The notes under the pieces are model-generated. The model saw only the letters and a list, made by a program, of their open reading frames with translations. It was not told the origin of the DNA and made no database searches. Position numbers and translations under genes: made by a program. A stretch of DNA of 64,000 nucleotides. Source: Alphaproteobacteria bacterium (GTDB lineage: Bacteria > Pseudomonadota > Alphaproteobacteria > Bin95). Positions 43,680 through 53,767 of this stretch are shown one piece after another. Positions within the stretch are counted from its first letter, which is position 1, and each line of letters begins with the position of its first letter. The stretch spans positions 960,001 through 1,024,000 of the forward strand of contig CAXXWS020000003.1 in NCBI GenBank assembly GCA_963665325.3, given 5' to 3'.

Positions 43680-46160
43680 TTACTGCGGCTGGTAGATTCC
43701 GACATAGGCGAGCGGATTGCCGAACGCCTCTTGCTGAACCGTGTAGAGAGGCCTCGCGGCCTCGCTTTCGAGACCGTGATCGTCGCCGAACAGGTCGTGC
43801 AGGTCGCGGTCGGGCGCACTGTCCTCAAGGATGAACTGCTCCGGTCCCGGTTTCCGGTTGTCCGCCAGCACCAGCCGGATCTTCCGCCAGTCCTCGAAGA
43901 AATATTCCTCCAGCAAGGGCAGGACACGCCTGCGGAACACGAGCTCCAGCGCCTTCATCCGCGCGGGACCGTCCTCTGCATCGCCGAGCGCCATGAAGTA
44001 TGTGTGTCCGATGCAGTGGTCGCGGTCGTACAGGGCCTCGATGCGCCGGTTGATCGCCGCCAGCATCCGCGGAATCTCGATCTCATGGTCCTCCGTGGTC
44101 ACCCGCAGGCCGGCGAGCGGCGCGCCGGGCGCATCGCGCGTGTCCGGCATCATCGCCACGAACTCGAACCGTCTTCGAAGCGCGGTGTCCAGCAGCGCCA
44201 GGGACCGGTCCGCCGTGTTCATCGTGCCGACGATGTCGATATTGCCCGGCACGGAAAAATCATCGCCCGAATAGGGCAGTGTCACCATAAGGGCATTGGT
44301 GGCGTTCTGGCGCTTGTCGGGCTCGGCAAGGGTAATCAGCTCGCCGAAAATCTTGCTGATATTGCCACGGTTGATCTCGTCGATGACCATGGCGTAGCGA
44401 TGGCCTGGGTTCCGGCGCGCCCTGTCGCATAGCTCCTTGAAGGCTCCGTCGCGGATTTCGTAGCGGACCTGGCCGGTGTCGGCCTCTTCATCGAGTACCG
44501 GCCTCAGACCTTCCACGAACTCCTCATAGCCGTAGGACTGGTGGAAGGTGACGAAGGTGAACCGGTCCTCGTAGTCGCTCCGCAGAAGTTCGGACAATCT
44601 GTGGGTCTTGCCCGTCCCCGGCGGGCCGTAATAGATCCGGTTGAGTGCCGGGCGCTTTGCTGCAGTATCCTGTTCCTCAGCATTATCCATGTCCGAATCC
44701 GGCCGGACGGGGTCTTGCTGCAATTGGTCCGGCCATAACGCCGGGCGTGCGGTCCGCCACTCGTCCGGGAAGTGCGGTTCTGCCGCCAACTCGCCCTCGA
44801 TCTGCGCGACAAGTTGCTCCGTCAGCGGTTGGTATTTGGCCCGCTGAATGGTGCCGATCGGCAGCGTTAATCGAATTTCTCGGTCGCGTTTTCCCCGGAC
44901 TGTGCCAAGAACTCCCTTCGCGTTCGTCCTGTCGGGGTCCTTGCGACCGAAACAGACCTTTACTCCGTTCCCACGGTGCCACCAGTCCAGACCGGCTTCA
45001 TGCGTAGCTCGGGCCAATCTGCAGAACAGTGACTTCTCGTCCGGTTTCCACCTGAGACGAAAATCCCTGAATGCCGGTTTTCCGTCGAAATGGGCCAGCA
45101 GGTTCTCATCGTCCGTATCCAGGTCTCTTTCATCCCAGGCTGCCAATGACAGTTCGGGAAAGCTATGAACCGGGGCGTCGTCCTGGCGAAAACGATCATT
45201 GAGACTGTCGAGCAGTTCCAGATATGCTTCCGGTTTGCCGGGCTCCCGGGGAACGTCGAGGTCCAGGCGGACCTCAATGTATTTCCGTGCTAGGCCGTCA
45301 AGCGACACGAAGTTCCATGGGCGTGCCCAGAAGAGACCTATGGCCAGCTTCCGGGAGACGCCTCCCAGATTGGCGGCGGTGCGGTACGCCTGCGCGAACT
45401 CGGCGCGGTTCTCCGGAAGACCGGAATCCGCGAGCCGGACCGCTGCCTCGAAACATCTCCACAAGGCCCCGATGTCGCCCTCGCCGCGGTCGCGGGTCGT
45501 TCCGAAGAACCATGAATTCCGGTTGTCGAGAACGGGGATGCCTGGAAACTCTTCCGGCACCGAAACCTCGATACCCAGCATTTCGGCGAGCGCGGCAGCA
45601 ATCTTCCTCCGGTTATCGTCCTTGATGCCCCGATTGAACATGCCTGTCACGGTAAACGGACAGATATCCGTCAGCGGTCCTACTGTGCCGTCCGCAAACC
45701 TGTCCTTCTGGAGATATGACAAGAGAGGTTCTGTCGCAGCGAGTTCGTGTATGCCCTTGACCAGCGACGTTCGATCCTCCCGATAGTCCATGAGCCTGTC
45801 TGCGAGCGCCCGGTAGAACTCCAGGCCGCGAAACCGGCTGTCTTCACTGACGGCCATGGCATTCGTCTCCCGGTACTCACGATATTTCCTGACAGCCGTG
45901 CTGTAGGCAGCGAGCCCCTTGTAGAGATCGCCGCCTATGGGAATCCTGGAGGGGTTATCAGCCTTCGCGTCCCTGTCAGCCGCCGAATAATGGAGTCCGT
46001 CAAGAACCCCTTCGAGGCGATCCTCGTCGTAAAGCCCGTCAAGGTCGCCATAGTGCTCTTCGACCCTCTTGGTGTCCGAGACATATGTACTGACCGACGA
46101 CTCAAGTAGCTCGCTCTGTTTGAGCCAGTCTCTGTACTTGTCCGCTCTCAACTCCCCCAT
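43680..46160 (-). CDS. mcrB: McrB-family AAA+ GTPase with long multi-domain N-terminus
   Basis: GPPGTGKT, FHQSYGYEEFVEG, IDEINRGN, MNTADRS, ALRRRF; start re-picked at MGELRADK. Confidence 0.92.
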   Translation of the reverse strand: MGELRADKYRDWLKQSELLESSVSTYVSDTKRVEEHYGDLDGLYDEDRLEGVLDGLHYSAADRDAKADNPSRIPIGGDLYKGLAAYSTAVRKYREYRETNAMAVSEDSRFRGLEFYRALADRLMDYREDRTSLVKGIHELAATEPLLSYLQKDRFADGTVGPLTDICPFTVTGMFNRGIKDDNRRKIAAALAEMLGIEVSVPEEFPGIPVLDNRNSWFFGTTRDRGEGDIGALWRCFEAAVRLADSGLPENRAEFAQAYRTAANLGGVSRKLAIGLFWARPWNFVSLDGLARKYIEVRLDLDVPREPGKPEAYLELLDSLNDRFRQDDAPVHSFPELSLAAWDERDLDTDDENLLAHFDGKPAFRDFRLRWKPDEKSLFCRLARATHEAGLDWWHRGNGVKVCFGRKDPDRTNAKGVLGTVRGKRDREIRLTLPIGTIQRAKYQPLTEQLVAQIEGELAAEPHFPDEWRTARPALWPDQLQQDPVRPDSDMDNAEEQDTAAKRPALNRIYYGPPGTGKTHRLSELLRSDYEDRFTFVTFHQSYGYEEFVEGLRPVLDEEADTGQVRYEIRDGAFKELCDRARRNPGHRYAMVIDEINRGNISKIFGELITLAEPDKRQNATNALMVTLPYSGDDFSVPGNIDIVGTMNTADRSLALLDTALRRRFEFVAMMPDTRDAPGAPLAGLRVTTEDHEIEIPRMLAAINRRIEALYDRDHCIGHTYFMALGDAEDGPARMKALELVFRRRVLPLLEEYFFEDWRKIRLVLADNRKPGPEQFILEDSAPDRDLHDLFGDDHGLESEAARPLYTVQQEAFGNPLAYVGIYQPQ

Positions 46161-46248
46161 CCCCCCGAAACCGGCTCGGGCAGAATGCCATTCCGTCGCC
46201 GGTCTGTCTGCCTGGCCGGATGGCGGCATCCGGCCGTCGCGGGCCGGA

Positions 46249-49200
46249 TCACATGCTCCGGCCCTGGTCGATGTCCCGGCTGAGCGTCCTCTCCTGCTGG
46301 CGGTGGCGGCGCAATCTTTCGATATGCGCGTCGCGTTCGGCGGCGATATTGAGGAAGGTCTGCTTCTGTGTCTGCGAGAGGTGGAGGCTGGTGGCGAGTT
46401 CGCGCATGTCCTCGATGATGTTCGCGCCGGCGATGATGTCGAAGCGGCCGATGCGCCGGGTCTTCGCCTCCTCGCGTATCTCCTTCCATTGCGCCAGCAA
46501 CTCTCCGTAGCGCCTGACGGCCAGCGGCCACGCGATGTCGTGGTCGTGGACGTTCCCGTCGAGCTCCTTCTTCGCTGCGGCGCCGATATGCGGATTCCGG
46601 GAAAGCTTGCGGGCGCGCTCGACAAGCGGCCCGCAGCCCCGGTCCGCAAATGCCACCAGCCCCTTCGCCTCGACAGGCCCCCTGAATGCGTCCCAGTCGA
46701 GGCGCCACTTCTCGAAATCGTCGTGCGCGGCCGCGCGCTTGCGGGCGTTGTCGACCGCCGTATCGAGGCGCGTGCGGTGCTCCTCGCCGAGTTTCGGGTC
46801 GCGCGCCACCGCCTCCGCGCGGGAGAGCAGGGCATGGGGCCACGGGTCTGCGGGGTCCAGCGTCCGGACGGCCTGGAGCAGTGCGGTCGCCCGGCGCTCG
46901 CGCTCCCGGCCCAGGGCCTCTTCCAGCCGCCGGCGTTCTGTCCCGGAGAGGTCCCGGCTCCCGGTAAGCCTCTCGCCGCTCGCAAGCAGGCCGTTCATCT
47001 CGTCTGCCTCCCGCGTCCAGTTCCCGGTGCGAAGGCGGAACGCGATATCGTCGGCCTCCCGGCGCGCGGCGGTCGCGGCCTCGCGCGCCCGGTTGCGGCG
47101 GGCCTCGCGCTCCGCCCGTTCCGCCTCGACCCCGTCATGCGCGCGGAGCGCATCGAGAAGGTCCTGCCGCAGCGCCGGCGGCATGGCCGGGTCGGCGGAG
47201 AGCGAACGGCCCTTGCCGAGAGTGTCTTCGCTGCGCTCCGCCCTCTCTTCTTCTCCATCGCCGTTCCATGCCGCGAGCCATGCGGCGCCGGCCGTTTCCG
47301 CCTCCCCCCTCGCCTTCCAGTCGGCAAGCCTGATTTCGACATGGCGCCTGTTCAGGTTGCCGAGGTCCGGGTCGTCCATGATCGGCCTTGCCAGCCCGGC
47401 GAGACGGTCCGGTTCCTCCGCCCCGCCCGGCTCGTCAACGCGTTCCATGGCCTTCGTCCACCGGCCGTGCCAGTCGCGCACCCGCGCGTCGGCGGTCCGG
47501 GCGCGGAACAGTTCGTCGTCGCTGGAAAGCCGCAAGTCCGCGCGGGAGAGCATCGTCTTCAGCTCCTTCCTGCCGTCATCGCCGGGTAACGCAGGCGGGC
47601 CGTCGTCGGCCAGGACGGCACGCGCGGCCGTCGCGGCACTCTCCAGCTCCCGGCGCCACTCCGCATAGCCCGGACGGTCGACCGTGCGGCTCCTTTCCGC
47701 GCCGGGTAGAAGCGTGCCGCGCGCCTCCAGCCGCTGGCGAAGTTCCTGCAGGCAGGCGCTCACCCGCCCGGCGTCCATGTCCGCCAGCGCCGCCTCGACC
47801 GCCGCCCGCGTTTCGGGGGCCGCATCCTCGACCTCCGCGAGCGTCCACAGCTCCGCCAGCAGCCCGTCATGGCCGGCATGCAATGCGGGAAACACGCCCG
47901 CCTCCGCCGCCTCCCCGTCATGGCGGGCCTTCGACGCCCGCCACGCCTCGAAACGCCGTTCGGCGTCCTGAGCGGGCGCGAGCGCATCCGCCATTTCGGC
48001 GCGGACAGTCTCTTCCTGCGCCTCCGGCTTCAGCACCGGCGCCAGGGGCTGTTTTGCCGGAACCCGCAGCGGCGCGCGTACGGCGGTCTCCTCCTCCGGC
48101 AGGGCGATGTCCTCGCCGAGCGCCTCCAGCGCCGTCAGCCGCTCGCCGCTGTCCGCCTCCAGCGCCGCCGCCAGGCTCTCCCGGTCGTCGGTCAGCACCA
48201 CGGCGTTGTCCCGCGCCCGGCTGATCTGCACGTAGAAACTCTGCAGGCCGCCCAGATGACCGTGGCCCGCATCGGCGACCGCGATTACCCGGTCCCGCGT
48301 CATCCCCTGCGCGGCATGCACCGTCGAGGCCCAGGCATGCAGGATATGCCTGAGCTGCGGGTCGTCATGGCGCCATTCGAGCTCGCGCCCGTCCTCGGTC
48401 AGCAGCCGCAGCTTGCGGGGACCGATGGAGAGGATTTCGGCCGTGGCGCCATTGTCCAGGCCGCGCGCCCTGTCATTGCGGGTCCAGCGGATGCAGTCGC
48501 CGGCCCGGATGGAGATCGTCTGCGTCTCGTGCAGGTCCAGCCGGTAGCGGATCTCGCCCGCGGGCCGGATGCGCCGCGTCCTGCCGTCCGGATGCTCCAG
48601 CACCGCCCGGTCGCCCTCGAACCCCGTCACCGTGCAGGCGTCGCCGGCGCGGATCCGGAAGGGATAGATGTCCCTGTGGAAGACGGCGACGTCGCCCTCG
48701 CTCCAGTTGCGGATGTCGCCGGTCTCGGCGCGCGTCATGCGCAGCTTCGCCAGCGTCTCGATCTCCAGCACCCGCCCGTGCAGGACGCCCTCCACCTCCA
48801 GCCCCTCGCGCACCTCCTCCACGATCCCGCGCCGGAGTTCGTGCGTGGGCGCCAGTAGCAGCGTTTCCCTGCGCTCCTCCGGCGAGAGCTCCAGCCAGAG
48901 CCGCGCCGCCGTCTCCGCCAGCTCGTCGGCCGGCAACTCCACGACATTCTCCCCCAGAAGGTCGAGCGCCCGGCGCGGCTCGCCGGCCGCCGTGTGGACC
49001 ACGGCCCCCTTCAGGACCGGGTTGCGCTGCCGGCGGATGTCGTCCATCAGCGCCGTCGCCATGCCGGCCTCCTGGAGCTGCCGGAAGGGCTGGCCCGCCT
49101 CGACAGCCCTCAGCTGCTTGCGGTCTCCGACCAGCACCAGCCGTCCGACGCCGAGCTTCGCCGCGATCTTCATCAGCGCATGGGCCTGCGCCGTCGATAC

Positions 49201-50781
49201 CATCGACATCTCGTCGGCGACCAGGATGGTACCCTCGAAGCGTTTCCTGAGTTCCGCCAGCGCCCGGTCGTCGAGCAGGTTGTCGCCGGCATCGCGGTAG
49301 CGGGCGAGGAACCATTGCAGCGTGCGCACCGGGATGCCGGCCTCCCGGCCCAGCACGCCCGCCGCCACCGCCGACGGCGCCAGGCCGAACACGCGCCGGT
49401 CGCCCGCAAGCGCCGCCGCCTCCCTCAGCATGGTGGTCTTGCCCGTGCCGGCATAGCCCTGCACGCCCACCACGAGATCGTCATGCAGCAGAATGGTGCG
49501 CACCGCCTCTTTCTGCCCGTCGGTCAGCACCGATGCCGCCAGCCGGGCCTCGACCGGCTCTGCTTCGGTCAACGGTCCGCCTGCGCCCGCGCCTTCCCCG
49601 AGCAGCGCCAGCATGCCGCGCTCCGTCCTGACCGTCCGGTCGGTGACGAAGGCGCGCCCGCTCACCCCCCGGCGCACCGTCTCCAGCAGATGGCCGTCGC
49701 GCAGGAGCTGCGCGATCGCCTCGTCCACGTCCCGGATGGTGTAGCGGCCCGGCGAGTGGGCGAGGCAGCGCGTGACAAGGTCGTTGGCCGCAAACACCGA
49801 GCGGCGTTCCTCCAGATGCGCTGCGGCCCGGCAGGCGATCTCCAGCATCGAGAGCACGGGCGGCGGCTGCGTCCGCCGCTTGCGCGGCCTCGCGAGACCG
49901 AGTTCCTTCGCCCGCCCCCGCCAGAGCTCCTCCAGCGCCGCCCGGCCCGGCTCGTTCTTGCGCGCCCTGGTCGCCAGCGCCGCCTGCTGCGCCCGCGCCG
50001 CATTGTAGTTCCAGCCCTTCTCGCGGATATATTTCAGGATCGCCCGGCGCCGCTTGGAGAACACGAACACCTCGGCGCGCCTGTAGCCCGCAATCTCGAA
50101 GCTCGGCACCCCGCCCGCCATCGAGGGCGAGAGCGTATAGCCCCGCTCCATCAGCCGCCGCGCCAGCTCGTTGCGGTAAAAGGCTCCGATCGTCATCTCG
50201 GCCGACTTCAGCCGGCCCGTGTCGAGGCTCCGCCAGCGCCCCTCCGCGTCCTGCGTCATGTTGGCGACAACGGCATGCGTGTGCAGCTGCGGGTCCAGGT
50301 CCCGGCTCGCTATGTGCCGGAACGTCGCCGCCACCATCGAGGGCGAAGGCGCGCGCCGCATGCGCCTGAACTCCCGGTCCCACACGCGCGTCTCCAGCAG
50401 CCGCGCCTCGATGAAATCGAGTGTCGCCTTCACCGCCCCGTCATGCGCGCGCACCACGTCGTCACGGCCCCACAGCAGGCCCTCCAGCGAAACGGATTTC
50501 GGCGCCGAGAAGGTGATGTCGTGGCCGGGCTCGTGCTCCGTCTCGCCCTCGCGCGTCCGCCGCCCGAGGCGGATGTCCGTCTTCGGGACCTTCCCTTCCA
50601 GGATCGAGCGAAACCGTTTCGCGTCGACGCGGCCCTTCAGGCCCAGCGCCGCCGCGCCCGTCCCGTGCCAGCGGCTCGCCCGACGGTGCTCGGGATCGTT
50701 GCGCGCATAGTAGCCGCCCTCGCGCTCGAAATAGCGAACCGAGGCGGCCGCCGACCCCAGCCTGTTGACCTTGGCTACCAT
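46249..50781 (-). CDS. MOBF (TrwC/TraI-type) relaxase-helicase
   Basis: N-terminal YF..GGYY tyrosines, DITFSAPKSVS, H...RDLDPQLHTH, GYAGTGKT, DEMSM, GDRKQL, TVHAAQG, YVQISRAR. Confidence 0.95.
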   Translation of the reverse strand: MVAKVNRLGSAAASVRYFEREGGYYARNDPEHRRASRWHGTGAAALGLKGRVDAKRFRSILEGKVPKTDIRLGRRTREGETEHEPGHDITFSAPKSVSLEGLLWGRDDVVRAHDGAVKATLDFIEARLLETRVWDREFRRMRRAPSPSMVAATFRHIASRDLDPQLHTHAVVANMTQDAEGRWRSLDTGRLKSAEMTIGAFYRNELARRLMERGYTLSPSMAGGVPSFEIAGYRRAEVFVFSKRRRAILKYIREKGWNYNAARAQQAALATRARKNEPGRAALEELWRGRAKELGLARPRKRRTQPPPVLSMLEIACRAAAHLEERRSVFAANDLVTRCLAHSPGRYTIRDVDEAIAQLLRDGHLLETVRRGVSGRAFVTDRTVRTERGMLALLGEGAGAGGPLTEAEPVEARLAASVLTDGQKEAVRTILLHDDLVVGVQGYAGTGKTTMLREAAALAGDRRVFGLAPSAVAAGVLGREAGIPVRTLQWFLARYRDAGDNLLDDRALAELRKRFEGTILVADEMSMVSTAQAHALMKIAAKLGVGRLVLVGDRKQLRAVEAGQPFRQLQEAGMATALMDDIRRQRNPVLKGAVVHTAAGEPRRALDLLGENVVELPADELAETAARLWLELSPEERRETLLLAPTHELRRGIVEEVREGLEVEGVLHGRVLEIETLAKLRMTRAETGDIRNWSEGDVAVFHRDIYPFRIRAGDACTVTGFEGDRAVLEHPDGRTRRIRPAGEIRYRLDLHETQTISIRAGDCIRWTRNDRARGLDNGATAEILSIGPRKLRLLTEDGRELEWRHDDPQLRHILHAWASTVHAAQGMTRDRVIAVADAGHGHLGGLQSFYVQISRARDNAVVLTDDRESLAAALEADSGERLTALEALGEDIALPEEETAVRAPLRVPAKQPLAPVLKPEAQEETVRAEMADALAPAQDAERRFEAWRASKARHDGEAAEAGVFPALHAGHDGLLAELWTLAEVEDAAPETRAAVEAALADMDAGRVSACLQELRQRLEARGTLLPGAERSRTVDRPGYAEWRRELESAATAARAVLADDGPPALPGDDGRKELKTMLSRADLRLSSDDELFRARTADARVRDWHGRWTKAMERVDEPGGAEEPDRLAGLARPIMDDPDLGNLNRRHVEIRLADWKARGEAETAGAAWLAAWNGDGEEERAERSEDTLGKGRSLSADPAMPPALRQDLLDALRAHDGVEAERAEREARRNRAREAATAARREADDIAFRLRTGNWTREADEMNGLLASGERLTGSRDLSGTERRRLEEALGRERERRATALLQAVRTLDPADPWPHALLSRAEAVARDPKLGEEHRTRLDTAVDNARKRAAAHDDFEKWRLDWDAFRGPVEAKGLVAFADRGCGPLVERARKLSRNPHIGAAAKKELDGNVHDHDIAWPLAVRRYGELLAQWKEIREEAKTRRIGRFDIIAGANIIEDMRELATSLHLSQTQKQTFLNIAAERDAHIERLRRHRQQERTLSRDIDQGRSM

Positions 50782-50852
50782 GTGCTTCTACCGGAACCCG
50801 GCATACCCGATCGCCGGGGCCGGCGCTACCGCGAAGCAGGGGGAAGGGGTCC

Positions 50853-51467
50853 ATGACGGAACGCGACGAGGACAGGCGGATCGAGGAAGAACTCCAGCGC
50901 CGCGAGCGGCCCGCCGGGCAGCCGCAGGCCCCGGAACCCGCCAGGACGCCGGCAGCGCCGGGGCGGCAGGCGGGGACCGGGGGCAGCCCCGCGCCGCAAC
51001 CGCCCGATGTCGAGGCCCTGTTCCTCAGGCTGGAAGCCCAGCTCGACGAGATGGAGGGCCGTGTGGCCGCCGGTATCGATGCCGTGGCGGAACAGGTCGC
51101 CCCGGTGCCGGGCGCGGCGGCGGACCTCGCCGAATGGGTCCGGCGCGCGACGGCCAGGGGCGAGGCCGTCGACCGCCTGACGCCCCTGCTGGAGGAATCC
51201 GTCGACCGCGAGAACCGCCTCCACCGCCCCGCCCGAAGGCGCGCCAGGGCGGCGGGGTTCGTCCTGGCGCTCGCGCTCACGGCCGCAGTCGTCCTGTTCG
51301 TCCAGTGGCGCTTCGCCGTCATCGAGACCGCCGACCCCACGGACGGATGGCGCGGCCTTCTCTGGGAACGCTACGGAGCCGAACTGCGCGGCTGCGTCCT
51401 CCGCGCCGAACAGCAGGGCAAGGCCATGCTCTGCCAGGTCTTCGACCCCGAGCCCGCCCTACCGTAG
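50853..51467 (+). CDS. Relaxase-associated hypothetical membrane protein (reminiscent of DUF6118)
   Basis: Divergent from the relaxase; coiled coil, single TM helix, C-terminal ADP..W...C......C pattern. Confidence 0.5.
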   Translation: MTERDEDRRIEEELQRRERPAGQPQAPEPARTPAAPGRQAGTGGSPAPQPPDVEALFLRLEAQLDEMEGRVAAGIDAVAEQVAPVPGAAADLAEWVRRATARGEAVDRLTPLLEESVDRENRLHRPARRRARAAGFVLALALTAAVVLFVQWRFAVIETADPTDGWRGLLWERYGAELRGCVLRAEQQGKAMLCQVFDPEPALP

Positions 51468-52385
51468 CGCCCCACGATCCGGATGCGGCCGCGGAACCGG
51501 CGGCAACGGCGCGGTCCCGGCATAGCGGCCCTCCCGGTAAAGCCGGCCCTCCGCCGGCCCCTCCGGGTGACGAATGACCGTCACGCCGTCGAGCGCGCCG
51601 TCCTCGTACATCGCCTCCACCCGCCGCCCGTCCGGCCACGCGATCCGCCACAGCCCGTGCCGCCTGTCCTCGCGGTAGATGCCCGTCTCCGAATAGCCGT
51701 CCGGCCAGCGATGCGCCCATCGTCCGACCTGCTTTCCGTTGACCTGCCGGCCCTCGTCGACCCGCCCGCCGGCGTAGATATGCTTCCAGCGGCCGGTCGC
51801 CTTGCCGTGAACGAACGCGCCGTCGATCCGCGCGCCGCTGCGGTAATCGAAAACCCACACTCCATGCTTCATGCCCTTGCGGAACTCGCCGCGGCTTACA
51901 TCCCCGTCCGGCTTTTCGACCGTCCAGATCCCGACCGTCTCGCCCTGCTCGTAGCGCCCGCTCAACCGCTCGCCGTTCGGGATCGCGATGGTCCAGAAAC
52001 CCTGCTCCCCGCCAGGCCCGAACGACCCCTCCCGGCGTGTGCCGTCGACCTGCTCCAGCACCCACCCTCCCTGGCGCAGCCCGGCCGTGAACCGTCCCGT
52101 CTGCCGGTTGCCCTCCCGGTCCTCCAGAGCGCCCTCGCCCTCGGCCAGACCCTCCCGGCATGCCCCCGACCAGGTGAACGGCGCCTTGCCCCAGCGCGCG
52201 AACCGGCTCCGGAAATGGCAACCCGCGATGTTCTCCACCGGCGTCAGGCAGCCGGCCCCCGCAGGCGCTCCCGCATCTGTGCAGAGCGGCAAAGGCTCCG
52301 CGGCGCGCGCCATGCCGATCCAGACAAAAAGCGCCGAAACCGCCAGCAGCGCCGGAACGGCAGTTCGGAGGCTTCCATGGATCAT
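51459..52385 (-). CDS. Secreted MORN-like repeat protein
   Basis: Signal peptide, WSGACREGLAEGEG, about eight G.(F/Y)..G...G.W repeats. Confidence 0.75.
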   Translation of the reverse strand: MIHGSLRTAVPALLAVSALFVWIGMARAAEPLPLCTDAGAPAGAGCLTPVENIAGCHFRSRFARWGKAPFTWSGACREGLAEGEGALEDREGNRQTGRFTAGLRQGGWVLEQVDGTRREGSFGPGGEQGFWTIAIPNGERLSGRYEQGETVGIWTVEKPDGDVSRGEFRKGMKHGVWVFDYRSGARIDGAFVHGKATGRWKHIYAGGRVDEGRQVNGKQVGRWAHRWPDGYSETGIYREDRRHGLWRIAWPDGRRVEAMYEDGALDGVTVIRHPEGPAEGRLYREGRYAGTAPLPPVPRPHPDRGALR

Positions 52386-52837
52386 CGGGGCAAGGTTGCG
52401 TTCGGGCGCGGCGCTATGGTTCGGGACGACAGCGTAGCGGGGCCGGGCGACCCATGCGAGCGCCCGCTCGGCATGGCGCGCAGGCCGGAACCGGACAGGC
52501 ATGCGCCGTTTCCGGCCGTCGCCAGGCGGACAATGCACAAGAGAGGCAAACCCGGCGAGTTGCGTTGAGCGTCGGTTCGAACCAGCTCGCGCTCCCGGTT
52601 CACCACTCGGCCAGCTTTGAAGGGAGGCTCGACGGCTCGCTCTCAGTGAGTATCGAGCACAATCGGGCCGACTAGCGTGCTCGACGCTCGTTGAGATCGG
52701 ACGCGGCAAGTTAAGGGTATAAGCCCCCTAGATTAGGTGCTGACCGGCGTCGAAGCGGCGCGCAACGCAATACCATTTCCGCATGGAGGTGGGGCGCCCG
52801 CACCGTGCGCATCGTGCATACAGCTACAATATCTTGG

Positions 52838-53761
52838 TCATGATTCGTCCCCTCGGTCGACCCCATTGGCGAAATACGCGAGGGCCTTCTGGAGATGGTC
52901 AGCCATTGCGTTTCCGGCTACGGTAGGTACGCGTTCTGCCGGAGCGACCAAGCAGAGTCGCAGCTCGGACATCCGCTTTCCTTCCAAGGGAACTGCGATC
53001 AGGCTCCCGTCTGCCAATGCTTCGGAGAACTCCAGCTTTGTAGAAAATGCAATCCCGGCACCTTGCAGTAGAAGGCGCTTGACCATCGCCCGGGTGTTGG
53101 AGACCGCTGCTGGCTTGTGCACCCTCCTGAATGCTTCCATCTCATTACCGACAACCAGCTCCATCGTGTCGACAGGGTCCTGGTAGATCAGACGGTGGGT
53201 GCCGCACTCCTCAAGACTGACGGAGGCGCGCGACGCAAGTTCGTGGTCCGGCCTCATAACGGCGCACATCGGACAATCGATGCGCTTGAGTACGGTGATG
53301 CCACGGCGGCAGACCGGGGAGAACGTCAAGCCGAGATCCGCGGTGCCCTGGCAGACAGAGTGCATGGCTTCAATCGAATCGCAGGCGGACACGCGGACCT
53401 GAGCCTTCGGATGCAGAGCAACGAATTGCGCTATCGCTTCGGGCAGAAACTGCACAGTGGGGTTGTCCAAGGTCGCAATACTCACGCCGCCGCTCACGAT
53501 GCCGCGCAGGTTGTCAATATCGCCGCGCAGCCGCGCGAAGTCGTGCAGCGTATCCCGTGCGTGGCGCAGCACCAACTTGCCTGCCTCGGTCAGCCGCATG
53601 CCCTCCGGGTGCCGTTCGAACAACAGCACGCCGAACTGATCCTCCAGCTTCAGGATTTGGCGGTTCACAGCCGACGCCGAAATATGAACCCTTTCCGACG
53701 CACGGCGGATCGACCCGTCCTCGGCCACCGCTTCGAAATAACGCAACACTGCTGCATGCAT
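52838..53761 (-). CDS. LysR-family transcriptional regulator
   Basis: LRYF..VA..GSIRRA..HISASAVNRQILKLE..G..LFER. Confidence 0.95.
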   Translation of the reverse strand: MHAAVLRYFEAVAEDGSIRRASERVHISASAVNRQILKLEDQFGVLLFERHPEGMRLTEAGKLVLRHARDTLHDFARLRGDIDNLRGIVSGGVSIATLDNPTVQFLPEAIAQFVALHPKAQVRVSACDSIEAMHSVCQGTADLGLTFSPVCRRGITVLKRIDCPMCAVMRPDHELASRASVSLEECGTHRLIYQDPVDTMELVVGNEMEAFRRVHKPAAVSNTRAMVKRLLLQGAGIAFSTKLEFSEALADGSLIAVPLEGKRMSELRLCLVAPAERVPTVAGNAMADHLQKALAYFANGVDRGDES

Positions 53762-53767
53762 CCTGCG

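Noticed and set aside
43680-46985. 1101-aa McrB ORF as listed in the track
   Set aside because: The first 275 codons overlap the relaxase in another frame; the likely start is ATG 46160.
52570-52606. tRNA 3' fragment or att site (GGTTCGAACC...CACCA)
   Set aside because: There is no T-arm pairing, and the spacing to CCA is wrong.
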